A stretch of 20,642 nucleotides of DNA from Amoebophrya sp. A120. Lineage: Eukaryota > Protista > Dinoflagellata. The stretch lies in assembly GCA_905178155.1 (NCBI GenBank), contig CAJINV010000026.1:132814-153455 (forward strand), read 5' to 3'. Positions 1 to 12,900 of this stretch are shown in pieces (within the stretch, counting starts at the first letter, position 1; every line of letters starts with the position of its first letter). The notes under the pieces were generated by a model. The model was not told the DNA's origin. It saw only the letters and a program-made list of their open reading frames with translations, and did not search any database. A program made the translations under genes and the position numbers.

Positions 1-505
1 CCGACATTCGCACGACTTCCCCTCGGCACCGCTACGGAGCCTGCGCGTCTGTCAAAAAGCGGCGCGTCTGCTTTGAGGGTGCCTGTCGCAAAATAGTCCT
101 CGCCATAGTCGCTAAGCAGCACGCCGGTGGCCGGACAGCCCAGAAGGCATGCGCGCACAGCCGCGCATAGACATTCGCGCTGCTCCCGCTGGTGCCACCG
201 AAGGCCGCCAATTGGTACACGGAACGAGGGCGCGCGCGTCCGGGTAGAAGGGGCACAACCTGAAAAGGCCGGGGCGCTCTTGGGCCGCCCTTTCGTGCTT
301 TTCTGCCCCGTTAGTTGCCGGCTTGTTTTCATTTGGTCGGCGTTTAGGAGCCTTTTTCTTTGCTAGGCCGATTTGTTCCTAAAACATCATCAACAACCTT
401 TGTCTACATCGCGTCCTGGTCCTCCCAAGATGAAAGAAAACCTACAAAGAGCTGGCGCCTACCAAAAAACGAAAAAGATAAACGGCTTTTTGCCGCTATT
501 GACGC

Positions 506-722
506 TGGGCGCGATGCCCAAAACCTGCCGCCCCGGAGCAAAGCGACCGGGGGTCGCTTTTGAATTCCCCGCGCGGATTCTGCAAAACTTCTAAATCTAT
601 TAACTTTGGGCGTGATGCCCAAAACCTGCCGCCCGGGAGCAAGGCAATTTCCGCAGTAAACTGTAGCTTTTGCTTGTCATTCTTCCAAGCGATTTCCGCA
701 GTAAACTGTAGCTTTTGCTTGT
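506..722. repeat. Two short local duplications
   Basis: TGGGCGYGATGCCCAAAACCTGCCGCCCSGGAGCAA occurs at ~506-542 and ~607-642. ATTTCCGCAGTAAACTGTAGCTTTTGCTTGT occurs at 647-677 and 692-722. Confidence 0.85.
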
Positions 723-773
723 TTGCAGTTGTTCTGTAGTCGCCTGCAAGTAGAAGTTGAAGCAGACATCAAC

Positions 774-982
774 TATCCAAGAAAAAAACGCTGTTAGTGT
801 AAATTTGTGATGCGCAACACGCAAGCTGATTGCGTCTGTCATGCTTGGCATGCATCATAGGGTCCATTAAAGGGCGTTTTCCCGTACTATCTGCGCATGA
901 CAGGTTTTTGCTGTCATGCCAGACAAATTTGTAATGCTGTTCCTCCAAAAAAGTTACACCTACAATGTTTTTTTCTTGGATA
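774..982. mobile_element. TIR element (family B-like), in the presumed 3' UTR of the large gene
   Basis: Ends TATCCAAGAAAAAAA...TTTTTTTCTTGGATA. Exact direct repeat TCAAC at 769-773 and 983-987. Confidence 0.9.
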
Positions 983-997
983 TCAACTGCAATAATA

Positions 998-3900
998 TTA
1001 CCAGCCAAACTCCCGGTTCTGCGGACCATTTGGGTCGGGCATAAACACCTTCATGACCCCCGTGGGCACGAACCACGTGTCCTTTGGTAGGATGCGGTTT
1101 CCCTGGCACCGACACGAGTGGAGATGCCCGGGGGCCGATATCGATGGAAAAAGCTGTCTTAGTCTACTACTCAAAGAACCTGTGCAAATCCGGCAAGACA
1201 AATTTGCGAAACACGAACACGAGGGAAAGACGTATGAGAGACGACACGACTGTCACTGTCTTGCATCTCCAGCATGACAAAAGCAAAACACTGTCTACTC
1301 CAGGACGAGGGTCTTGCGCATTACAAGTTGAGATTGACCAGAGAATGTTTTCTCTATACGATAGCCGACCGCACGGAAATACTGCGCACGTGGAATCCGC
1401 AGTTGCAATTGTTTCCCGTGATCGTGTATCAAATGCAAATATGTCTGGGTCTGGAAGGAAAAGCAGGATGCATACTTGTAATGCTGCACGTGGATTCTGA
1501 AAAAATCTGTATTGCAGGAGCAGCAAAAGCAGTGCGTTTCTTGCTACACGGGGGGGCATTTCTGATGCAGTATGGGCGTCAGAAAGCCGTCACAATAGCC
1601 GTGATGCTAGAGCATGCATCACAGACATCGCCGGGGATGCAAAATGTGCATGACAAACTTCCCGACCCAGACATATTTGCAGTTGATATCGTGTTATGAT
1701 GCGCTCCATTCGCGTACTTTTCCCACTCCGGGTGCGAAAGCGTCTGGCAATAGAGCGCCATCACCGTGCCCTTGTTGTCCTTCTGTCGCTGCGCCACTGA
1801 ATCAATGTAATTTTGCTTCCGCTCGATTTCCTCCTTGGACAGCTTGAGCTTTTTACCACCGCTATCGAAAGGAAAGACTCCCCCTCCCCATATTGAAAAG
1901 GTATTTTTCCGCAACTTTGTGTTGCTGATTTGAGGTCACAAATCACATTCGTGCTGCAAGAAGACAATGGCAGAAGCTGCCGCCTCATTATGGAAGCCGT
2001 TTGTCATGCTGTTTGGCCTAAAGGGGAGCTGTTTGCCATGCTCGACAACTAGACCCAGGCGCCTGTGCCTAGGCTGGGTATCTGGCCGCAATGCCTTCCT
2101 GCAATACAAAGCGTATTTGTGTACACAAATCCAGCCTCAGAAATTCCGTTTTGATATGGGGAGGGGGGATTTTTCATTTTGATAACCGCGCAGATCGCCT
2201 TTCGCCTCCTCGAGGTCGTCCCAATCTTCATAAGCCGCCCGGTATCAAATGCAGATATGTCTGTTTTACTTTTGTACGGCTACGGCATTACCTGGCTTCC
2301 TTTTTCAGCATGAGAAAAATAAGTAGCGCTTTTGCGCCAAAATGTGGCGAATGGTTTTCACTTCAACTTTTTGCGCCCCACGCGCAAAAGCAAGTGCTTT
2401 GAATCACGAGCGCAATAAGATTCATGTCTCGATATCCGAGGCCCCAAAGACTGTCGCCTAATGAGCAGAAAAAAGCTCGCTTTTGTCTCGCGTATCACGA
2501 CATTATGGCGTGGGACAAATTTCTCCACCAAAATTTGAAAAATCGTTTTCACTTCAACTTTTTGCGCCCGACGCGCAAAACAAAAATCTTTTGAATCACG
2601 AACGGAATCTGATTCAAGTCTCGATACCCGAGGCCCCAAGGACTGCCGCTGAATGAGCAGAAAAAATATTTTTTTTGTCTCGCGTATCACGACGGTATGG
2701 CGGAGGGCAAATTTCTACACCAAAATTTGCAAAGTTGTTTTTAGTTCAACTTTTTGTGCCCCACGCGCAAAAGCAAAATCTTTTGAATCACGAGCGGAGT
2801 CTGATTCTAATCTCGATATCCGAGGCCCCAAGAACTACCGCTTAATGAGCCGAAAAAACCTTTTTTTTGTCTCGCGTATCACGACGGTATGGCGTAAATC
2901 AAATTTCTACGCCAAATTTTGAAATATCGTTTTCACTTCAAGTGTTTGCGCCCCACACGGAAACAAAAAGTCTTTTAAATCACGAGCGGAATCTGACTCA
3001 ATGCTCGATATCGGAGGCCCCAAGGACTGCAGCTTAATGAGCAAAAAAGTCCTCTCTTTTGTCTCGCGTATCACGACGGTATGGCGTAGAGCAAATTTCT
3101 ACACCATAACTTGCAAAGTCGTTTTCACTTCAACTTTTTGCGCCCGACGCGCAAAAAAAATCTTTTGAATCACGAGCGGAATCTGATTCAAGTCTCGTTA
3201 TCCGAGGCCCCAAGGACTGCCGCTCATTGAGCAGAAAAAAGCTCTTTTTTGTCTCGCGTATCGCGACGGTGTGGCGTAGGAAAGATTTCTACGCCAAAAT
3301 TTGAAAAATCGTTCTCACTTCAACTTTTTGCGCCCCACGCGCAAAAGCAAGTGCTTTGAATCACGAGCGCAATAAGATTCATGTCTCGATATCCGAGGCC
3401 CCAAAGACTGTCGCCTAATGAGCAGAAAAAAGCTCGCTTTTGTCTCGCGTATCACGACATTATGGCGTGGGACAAATTTCTCCACCAAAATTTGAAAAAT
3501 CGTTTTCACTTCAACTTTTTGCGCCCGACGCGCAAAACAAAAATCTTTTGAATCACGAACGGAATCTGATTCAAGTCTCGATACCCGAGGCCCCAAGGAC
3601 TGCCGCTGAATGAGCAGAAAAAATATTTTTTTTGTCTCGCGTATCACGACGGTATGGCGGAGGGCAAATTTCTACACCAAAATTTGCAAAGTTGTTTTTA
3701 GTTCAACTTTTTGTGCCCCACGCGCAAAAGCAAAATCTTTTGAATCACGAGCGGAGTCTGATTCTAATCTCGATATCCGAGGCCCCAAGAACTACCGCTT
3801 AATGAGCCGAAAAAACCTTTTTTTTGTCTCGCGTATCACGACGGTATGGCGTAAATCAAATTTCTACGCCAAATTTTGAAATATCGTTTTCACTTCAAGT

Positions 3901-6900
3901 GTTTGCGCCCCACACGGAAACAAAAAGTCTTTTAAATCACGAGCGGAATCTGACTCAATGCTCGATATCGGAGGCCCCAAGGACTGCAGCTTAATGAGCA
4001 AAAAAGTCCTCTCTTTTGTCTCGCGTATCACGACGGTATGGCGTAGAGCAAATTTCTACACCATAACTTGCAAAGTCGTTTTCACTTCAACTTTTTGCGC
4101 CCGACGCGCAAAAAAAATCTTTTGAATCACGAGCGGAATCTGATTCAAGTCTCGTTATCCGAGGCCCCAAGGACTGCCGCTCATTGAGCAGAAAAAAGCT
4201 CTTTTTTGTCTCGCGTATCGCGACGGTGTGGCGTAGGAAAGATTTCTACGCCAAAATTTGAAAAATCGTTCTCACTTCAACTTTTTGCGCCCCACGCGCA
4301 AAAGCAAGTGCTTTGAATCACGAGCGCAATAAGATTCATGTCTCGATATCCGAGGCCCCAAAGACTGTCGCCTAATGAGCAGAAAAAAGCTCGCTTTTGT
4401 CTCGCGTATCACGACATTATGGCGTGGGACAAATTTCTCCACCAAAATTTGAAAAATCGTTTTCACTTCAACTTTTTGCGCCCGACGCGCAAAACAAAAG
4501 TCTTTTGAATCACGAGCGGAATCTGATTCAAGTCTCGATACCCGAGGCCCCAAGGACTGCCGCTGAATGAGCAGAAAAAATATTTTTTTTGTCTCGCGTA
4601 TCACGACGGTATGGCGGAGGGCAAATTTCTACACCAAAATTTGCAAAGTTGTTTTTAGTTCAACTTTTTGTGCCCCACGCGCAAAAGCAAAATCTTTTGA
4701 ATCACGAGCGGAGTCTGATTCTAATCTCGATATCCGAGGCCCCAAGAACTACCGCTTAATGAGCCGAAAAAATCTTTTTTTTGTCTCGCGTATCACGACG
4801 GTATGGCGTAAATCAAATTTCTACGCCAAATTTTGAAATATCGTTTTCACTTCAACTTTTAGCGCCCCACGCGCAAAAAAAAAATCTTTTGAATCACGAG
4901 CGCGATAAGATTCATGTCTCGATACCCGAGGCCCCAAGGCCTGCCGCTTCATGAGGAGAAAAAAGCTTTTTTTTGTCTCGCGTATCGCGACGGTATGGCG
5001 TAGAACGAATTTCTTGCCCAAAGTTTGAAGATCGTTTTCACTTCAACTTTTTGTCACCCACACGCAAAAAAAAAGTCTCTCGAATGACGAGCCAAATCTG
5101 GATCAATGCTTGATATCCGAGGCGCCAGGAAAGCGGTCTCATGAGCAGAAAAATTCCTTGAGGCTTCTCGCGTATCACGGCGGCGTGGCGCAACATAAAT
5201 TCTAATTCCCTCCTACTCCTGCGTTGCATGCATTACAGATCTCGCTGCCTTTCAAATTTCGCATCAGAAATTGAGACCCAGATCGATATTTGCATTGCAT
5301 ACCTCGAGCTCCTGGTTCATTTCTAGCTGCTGCTGCTGGAAGATTCGTACCCCGCACCCGTCATCGACTTGGACTTGCGCATAGGAGTATCTTTGTCCCG
5401 TATCCAGGGAATCCTCTGGCTCGGCGTACCCAATCGAGCCGTCCAAGTCGCCGTGCCCTGACATAATGATTTTCTCGTGGGTCGCGAAAGGGATCTTCTG
5501 AATGCCGCCACGCAGACCCTGGTCTTTCGTGAAGGAGATGATCGTTTTGCCGGGGACTGCACCCTCCGGACCCAAAGGGTACACGCGGCCACCACCTCCG
5601 GGTATCATTCGCGTTTTGTACTGGGCAAGGGCCTCCGCGAGTTTTTCTTTCTGCGGACCAAGGTACCTAGTTGTAAATCACAGAAGCGACTTGAACTTGT
5701 AATGCGTATAATGCGTTGCTCTTGCAAGCCACTGGATTTTGATTTTGATCAGCATTGATGTAAGTATTCTGAGAACAACTGCGCGCATGGTACTAATTCA
5801 TTGACTCATTTATTCCACATGTAGACCTCCACGCAAAGAAGCAAAAGTAGAACCGAAGATGTATAGAGAAAAGGCCTCACCACACGCAGGCCTTTGCCAT
5901 CATGCTCTTCGAGTTGTAAAAGTACTTTATCAATACCCCTTGTCGACACTTGTTATGCCCAATTGTACGAGTTGATTGTAGTCTGCCATGCTCAACCTGC
6001 CTTCCCGCATGTCCAGTATGACATTGCACAACTCCCCCTCCTGTCATTTGTATAGCATGAACGGCATGTGACAAGCATCAGCAAGAAAGCCGGTTTTGCA
6101 TGAGAAATGTACACTGGAGTGTAGTGCAAGTGCTATTTGGGCCGCTACCAGAACTTGTCATGCAAACAGTGCCATAGGGCAACGACTGGAGTCTGGGTTT
6201 TGCATGACAAATGAGGCGGAGGGGGAGTTGCGCACTGTCATATCCAGAGCTGGGTCTTCAAACGGCAGCCCGGCCGCGGTGCCGCCTTCGTTCTCCCAGT
6301 TGGATGCATTGCAAATCTGTCTGGGTCTGGGAACTTCTTGTGATGCAAATTTACAAATTGCGCGGGCGCTGCAATATGCAACCCAGCATGACAAGTTTTT
6401 GCGCTGCTGTGTGTTTCGTTTTTCGCACGACAAACTGCGTGGTTGCATGACAGGCAAGCGGCCCTTTTCCTGCTCATGCATCACAGATTTAAGAGTCACG
6501 CCAGACACACATGACAAACTTGCATTCTTCCAGACCCAGACATATTTGCAATTCATAAGTTGGATGTCATAGCATCTTTCTGCTCGCCCTTGTGGTCAGC
6601 GGCGGTCACGGGCCCGCGTTTTTTCTTTTTTCGGCCCACATTCTTTATCCGGTCCCACATCTTCCCTCCTTTTGATTTCGCATCCTTTTTTTTTCCTCCC
6701 GATTTTTTATTCTCGTCGTGGTCCTTGCTCTTGCTCTTCCCGCGATCCGAGCTTCTGGAACTGCTTTTGCTGCTCCCTCTATTAGAACTCCGGCTGCTGG
6801 TACTCGTTGCTTCAGCTTCGGTATCCCACGAAAAAAGTGTTACAGTTACACATTTGTAGTGAATTCAGCAACACAAATTTCTCTGCATGAGAGAGAAAAC

Positions 6901-9900
6901 TTGTAATGCAGAAATCCTACAGGAAAACACCTATGAAACGAGGATCCGATGCACATCCGGCATGACAGAGCTTGTTTGTCTTGCTTGGCCTGCAACACAA
7001 TGTGTAACTGTAACACTTTTTTCTTGCGATATTCGGCCTCTGGAGCCCCACCCTCATCTCCGCCGGCTTGATCATCTGCGTCGTCTTTGCCGCTACTGGA
7101 AGAACTATTTTTCGTCTTTTTCTCGCTTTTTTTACTACTACTTCCCTTGATCTTGTTAACCAATCCGTCCTTCGCGTCCCTTAACTTTTCTTTTGCGCCT
7201 TTCAACTTTTCTTTCATCACGCTTTTCTTCTCTTTGCTGCTGCTCTTGCTCGTGCTTGTCCCTCTGTTGCTGCTTCTTGTACTGCTCTTGCTGCTAGTAG
7301 ACTGGTCTTCGTTAGTACTATCCTTCGAGCTGCCGCGTCTGCTGCTACCTCTACTGCTGCCTCTGCTGCTACCTCTACTGCTACCTCTACTGCTGCCTCT
7401 ACTGCTTGTTGCAGCTTCGTCTTCATTCTCCTTGTCGCTGCTGCCTCTACTGCTTGTCTTCGAGGAAGACGAGCCTCTCCTCGACGAAGACGAGGAATCT
7501 GCTCTCCTGGATGAAGACGAGGAATCTGCTCTCTTGGATGAAGACGAGGAATCTCTCCTGGATGAAGAGGAGGAGGGCCGCGTGAATGTCTTTTCCGTTC
7601 GTTCGACGTTTTCCTCCAAAAACGCAGGCTGGAGGTCTTCATCTTCCACGAGAGCTACGTCTTCAAGGATTTCATCTACTGCAGCAGGTGGTCCATGATC
7701 TACTTCCTCGTCTGCTTGGTCAGGTCCTCGCTGCTGTCCTAGATTTATTTCTGGCTGGTATTTTTCCGTTTCAACATCTTCCACCAGAAACGACTCTCCT
7801 TGTACAACTTCCTTATCCTTTGTTGAAGATGGCGTAGGATAAAAATCTTTGTCCCCTACTTTCTCTGATACTTCTGCACCAGTATGATCTTCTACCGCCG
7901 CCCCCACGTCGTCTGGTTGGTGTACTTCGGTCCTCTCCCTGGCAGGAACATTTGCATTTGCATGAAGGTGAACATGATCTGTTCCATCGTCGTGCAATAA
8001 ACCATCTTCGTCCACCGTCGTGGTTTGTTTTTCGTTTTCCTCAGCCCGTCGTGAGGGGGAAGAAATTATTCTGTCATCCTCAACCTCCTCCTCAACCTCT
8101 TCATTGAAAACGAAACTGGACTCCGGTAGGGGCTCAGTCGTGTCTACTTCCGGGTCGTCATCTGGCGGAGCAGTACCAGACTCGGTTGTACTAGGATCAT
8201 AACGACCATCGGTTTCTTCTTGTTCTCCACCGTCGTGGTCATATGATCTCCCACGTCGAAACGGTCCCTCGTCATGGTCCTCGTGGTTGTGAAGATGCGC
8301 GTCATCATCTCCATAGAAGTCCTCGTCCTGGTGGTCATCTGCAAGGAAGGAATGATGCGCGCTGTCTCTGACAACATCATTCTCTCCGATTTCGTAGTCA
8401 TGACCGCGTTCTTCATCACCGTCGAGTTCCTCCTCTACTTCTAGCATGCTCTATCAAATGCAAAAATGTCTGGGTCTGGAAACTTGCGATGCTAAAAGTG
8501 AATGGTAGACGGACTGCAGTACGCAGCTATGTATGACAAACTTTTTGGCTCCCATGTCTTACGTATTCCGCATGGCAAACTGCGTTTTTGCATGACAGGT
8601 AAGAGGGCCTTTTCGTGCTTATGCAACGCAGATTCTCGACTCATGCCAGACAAGCATGACAAACTTGCATTCTTCCAGACACAGACATTTTTGCATTTGA
8701 TATGTTCCCGGTTTCGTCAAACGCAAGCGGCTCGTCCTCGTCTTCGCGGAAATATTCCTGTATGAAATGCAAAAGCATCTATACTACGTAGTGATTGCAA
8801 TACAAATTCACTTAGCATGATAAATGAAATCGAGAAGGGTACGCTGTGGGACCTAAAAAGCAACCGCTTCCGCTCCTGTAGCCTCAAAAACCAGCGCGGC
8901 CGCCGGAGAGTACTCCCCTCGTGATTGGCCTTGTAAATGTCACGCGATTTGCATCGTGTGGCGACGCAGTCCGCCCGTGATTGTGCTTGCTTTGAGGAAG
9001 CGTTTCAAAACAACACAAAAAACGACCGAAGTGGCCGAGTCCCGTGCTGTTTGCCGCCGGATTTGGGGGCGCGGCAAACCGGCGCACATTTTGCGCGGCA
9101 GTCCTCTGGCCCAATTTGGACCGCCCCGGGCGACCTTCCCCCGGTCTACCTCGATTTCGGGGGAGGATTCCGCAGAGGATTCCGGAGAGGATTCCAAAAT
9201 CCTCTCCGGAATCCTCTGGCCCAAGTTGAGCCGTGTTTCGCGCCCTTTCCCCGACGGCACGGCCTCGATTTCGGGGGAGGATTCCACAGAGGATTCCGGA
9301 GAGGATTCCAAAATCCTCTCCGGAATCCTCTGGCCCAATTTGGGCCGTCTTCCGCGCCCTTCCCCCGATGGCACTGCCCCGATTTCGGGAGAGGATTCCT
9401 CAGAGGATTCCTCAGAGGATTCCAAAATCCTCTCAGGAATCCTCTGGCCCAATTTGGGCCGTCTTCCGCGCCCTTCCCCCGATGGCACTGCCCCGATTTC
9501 GATCGGGAGAGGATTCCACAGAGGATTCCTCAGAGGATTCCAAAATCCTCCCAGGAATCCTCTGGCCCAATTTGGGCCGTCGGTCTTCCGCGCCCTTCCC
9601 CCGATGGCACGACCTCGGTTTCGGGGGAGGATTCCACAGAGGATTCCGGGGAGGATTCCAAAATCCTCTCCGGAATCCTCTGGCCCAAGTTGAGCCGTCT
9701 TTGGCGCGCGCCCTTTCCCCGACGGCACGACCCCGATTTCGGGGGAGGATTCCGCAGAGGATTCCAAAATCCTCTCCGGAATCCTCTGGCCCAAGTTGAG
9801 CCGTCTTTCGCGCCCGTTCCCCGACGGCACGACCTCGATTTCGGGGGGGGATTCCACAGAGGATTCCGGAGAGGATTCCGAAACCCCCTCCGGAATCCTC

Positions 9901-12900
9901 TGACCGGATTGGCGCCGTCCTTCGCGGTCTTTCCCCGGCGGCACGGCGTCGATTTCGGGAGGGGATTCCGGAGAGGATTCCTCCGGAGCCCTTTCTCCCG
10001 TGGTACGCACTACCTCATCCGGGAGGATTTCCCCGGGGACATGGCGGACCCCCCGAAGCGAGGGCGGACCCCCCGGGGGCGAGGGTGGATCCCCCGGAGA
10101 ACGGGCGGATCCCCGGAAAGCGGGCGGATCCCCCGGAGAACAGGTGAATCCCGCGGGAAGCCGGCGGATCCCCGGGGAACGGGCGGATCCCCGGGAAGCG
10201 GGCGGATCCCCGAGTAGCGGGCGGATCCCCGAGTAGCAGGCGGATCCCCAGGGCGAAGGCGGATCCCCGGGGAGCGGGCGGATCCTCGGGGCGCGGGCGG
10301 ATCCCCGGGGAACGGGCGGATCCCCGGGGAACGGGCGGATCCCCGAGTAACGGGCGGATCCCCTGGGCGAAGGCGGATGGATCCCCTGGGCCAAGGCGGA
10401 TCCCCGGGAAGCGGGCGGATCCTCGGGGGGCGGGCGGATCCCCTGGGGGAAGGCGGATCCCCGGGGAGCGGGCGGATCCCCGGGGAATGGGCGGAGGGAT
10501 TCCCTGCGCGAAGGCGACTCCCCGGGGAGTGGGCGGATCCCCTGCGCGAAGGCGGATCCCCGGGGAATGGGCGGGCTCCTGGGCGAAGGCGGATCCCCGA
10601 GTAACGGGCGGATCCCCTGCGCGAAGGCGGATCCCCGGGGAATGGGCGGGCTCCTGGGCGAAGGCGGATCCCCGAGGAACGGGCGGATCCCCTGGGCGAA
10701 GGCGGATCCCCGGGGAATGGGCGGGCTCCTGGGCGAAGGCGGATCCCCGGGGAACGGGCGGGTCCCCGGGAAGAGGGCGGATCCCCGGGAAGAGGGCGGA
10801 TCCCCGGGGAAGTTGGCGGATCCCCGGGATGAGGGCGGATCCCCGGGGGCGAGGGCGGATCCCCGGGGAACGGGCGGATCCCCCGGTCGAGGGCGGATCC
10901 CCTGGTCGAGGGCGGATCCCCGGGGAGCGGGCGGATCCCCGCGGGCGAGGGCGGATCCCCCGGAGAACGGGCAATCTGTTTCACGGGCGATATACGTGCT
11001 CCACGGTATTTAATTTCCCACAAAATAACAAGCAACCTTCGTAGTTCCGTCGTGTTTCGCGTTTTAGGTCTCAGAGCGTACCGGTCTCATGAAATTTGTC
11101 ATGCTGATTTGCCTTAGCAACGAGATTTGGAATGTATGACTGCGATTTTTACTACGAGTACGATACTTTTGCACAGGATATCCTGCTCGTCCAGCGGCTG
11201 GTCGTGGTAAACGATGTGACTTTGATCTTCTGCATCGTCATCCAGATTCATTTCCATCCCGTCGCCGGGAGCCGGGCTGTTGTACGTACCTGCTTCAACT
11301 CGGTGGTCATCGTCTTCGCGGCCCATATTTTCATCCTCATCGCCGTAGTCTCTGTCGTCATGATGATCTTCTAGGTCCGCATACTCCAGAAACCGCTCGT
11401 CTTCGTCTTCCTCTGTGTTGTCTGCTCTGTACATGATCCTTCGTGCTGGCAGCTCTGGCTGTAGTTCTTGATCTTGATCATCCACCGTCGGTAGTTCCTG
11501 GTCTCCTTCGTCGAAGAATACGTCTTCGTTGATTTCGGGAAAGTTTTCTAGCAAGGCTTGCTCCGGGTGGAAGTCTTCTTCATCTTCATCTTCTCCTGGT
11601 GCATCTACCGCACTACCTTCTTCAAAAAACTCGTCGTCCTTGTTCGGTGCAACTGGGAAGTGGTTCTCCTGCAGTTCGCGGTCGTGGAACTCATCGTCAT
11701 TTTCATCGACGCTGGCCAACATCTTCTCCTGATTTTTCTCACCCTGCTCTGTAATTTTCCTCTGGTCAATCTGTAAAAAATCCTCGCCACTTGGCGACAT
11801 TGTCCCGACTCCAGCCTGCGCCGGAGCAGCTTTATTTCCCATATCGATTTCTTTCTGCACCAGCATCGGATGCACTTCCGGTACCCCGGTGCTGCGCCAG
11901 AGGTGCCTCTCGGTGCCGTCTTTCATTTTTACTACCACCCTCTCCTATCAAATGTAAAAAGTGTCTGGGTCTGGAAGAATGCAACTTGTGATGCTGCGTC
12001 TGCATTATCCAAAAATCTGTATTGCATGAACAGCAAAAGAGGTCTAGTTTTGGCCACGGCGAGAGGGCATTTCTCATGCGGTATAGGCACAAGAAAGCCC
12101 TCACAAGATCTGCGATGCTAGGGCATGCATCGTAGACATCAGGAGTCACGCAAAACGTGCATGACAAACCTTGCATCCTTCCAGACCCGGACATTTTTGC
12201 ATTTGATATCTCCGCGAAGTCTGGGTGGATAGTATCCCTTGAAAAAACTGCTTCACTCTGAGGTGTGATGATTTTGCAAGATCTGCATCACAAGTTTGTT
12301 AATACACATGACAAAGAAAACTTGGCATGCGTGCTTCCTAAAGGAAGAACACACAGCTAGAAATCCAATGTCTTGCATGTGTAGCAACACAAACAAACTT
12401 GCATTCCGTTCTATGCATCACAAGTTTGCAGTGAAGCAGTTTCAGTTTTTTCTTACGATAGATGAGGCCGCTTCGGTAATCCGGATGATCTTCGTCCCAG
12501 AAATCAGGGTGGAGCGCGTATTATGCGTAGCAAAAATGTCTGGGTCTGGGAAGTTGCAACTTGTAATGCTGTCTTTGAATTCCAAAAAAATCTGTATTGC
12601 ATGACCAGCAACGGGGGTCCAGTTTGTCTTACGTGGAAAGGGCATTTGCATTTCTCATGCGGAATGGGCATTAGGAAGCCCTGTAAAGAAAAAGATCTGT
12701 GATGCTAGGTCATGCATTACAGGCATCAACATCATGGATCATACGAGATATGCATGACCAACCTGGCAACTTTCCAGACCTAGACATATTTGCATTTGAT
12801 ACGTATAATTTGCCTGACGCCGCGTGGAGGTTTTCTGCTCCCTCTACTGGTGCATCTACTAGTGCTTCACCGTCGTTATTCGCTTGTTGCAAGAAAGAGC

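Larger units (their letters stand above)
8761..11180. mobile_element. Giant TIR element / intron (2420 bp) containing two GC-rich tandem arrays
   Basis: Left end TATGAAATGCAAAAGCATCTATACTACGTAGT resembles the reverse complement of the right end, TATCCTGTGCAAAAGTATCGTACTCGTAGT. Exact direct repeat TCCTG at 8756-8760 and 11181-11185. Removal restores the frame (DEQ-EYFRED). Confidence 0.88.

Noticed and set aside
1-230. Open minus-strand frame running off the left edge (...LLSDYGEDYFATGTLKADAPLFD...)
   Set aside because: Short and GC-rich with no clear start or homology, so there is too little support.
2358-5229. Recurring 110-aa and 89-aa ORFs
   Set aside because: These are translations of the 957-bp satellite unit with no protein-like features.
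7087-7698. Leu-rich 203-aa plus-strand ORF (and 6560..6859)
   Set aside because: It is the antisense shadow of Ser/Lys/Glu-rich minus-strand exons.
9103-10972. Possible CRISPR array (regularly spaced palindromic repeats)
   Set aside because: The intervening sequences are themselves repeated rather than unique spacers, no cas genes are present, and the context is eukaryotic.
8937-11044. Long overlapping ORFs (up to 484 aa) on both strands
   Set aside because: They arise from stop-poor GC-rich tandem repeats inside an intron-like element, and several frames are open at once.
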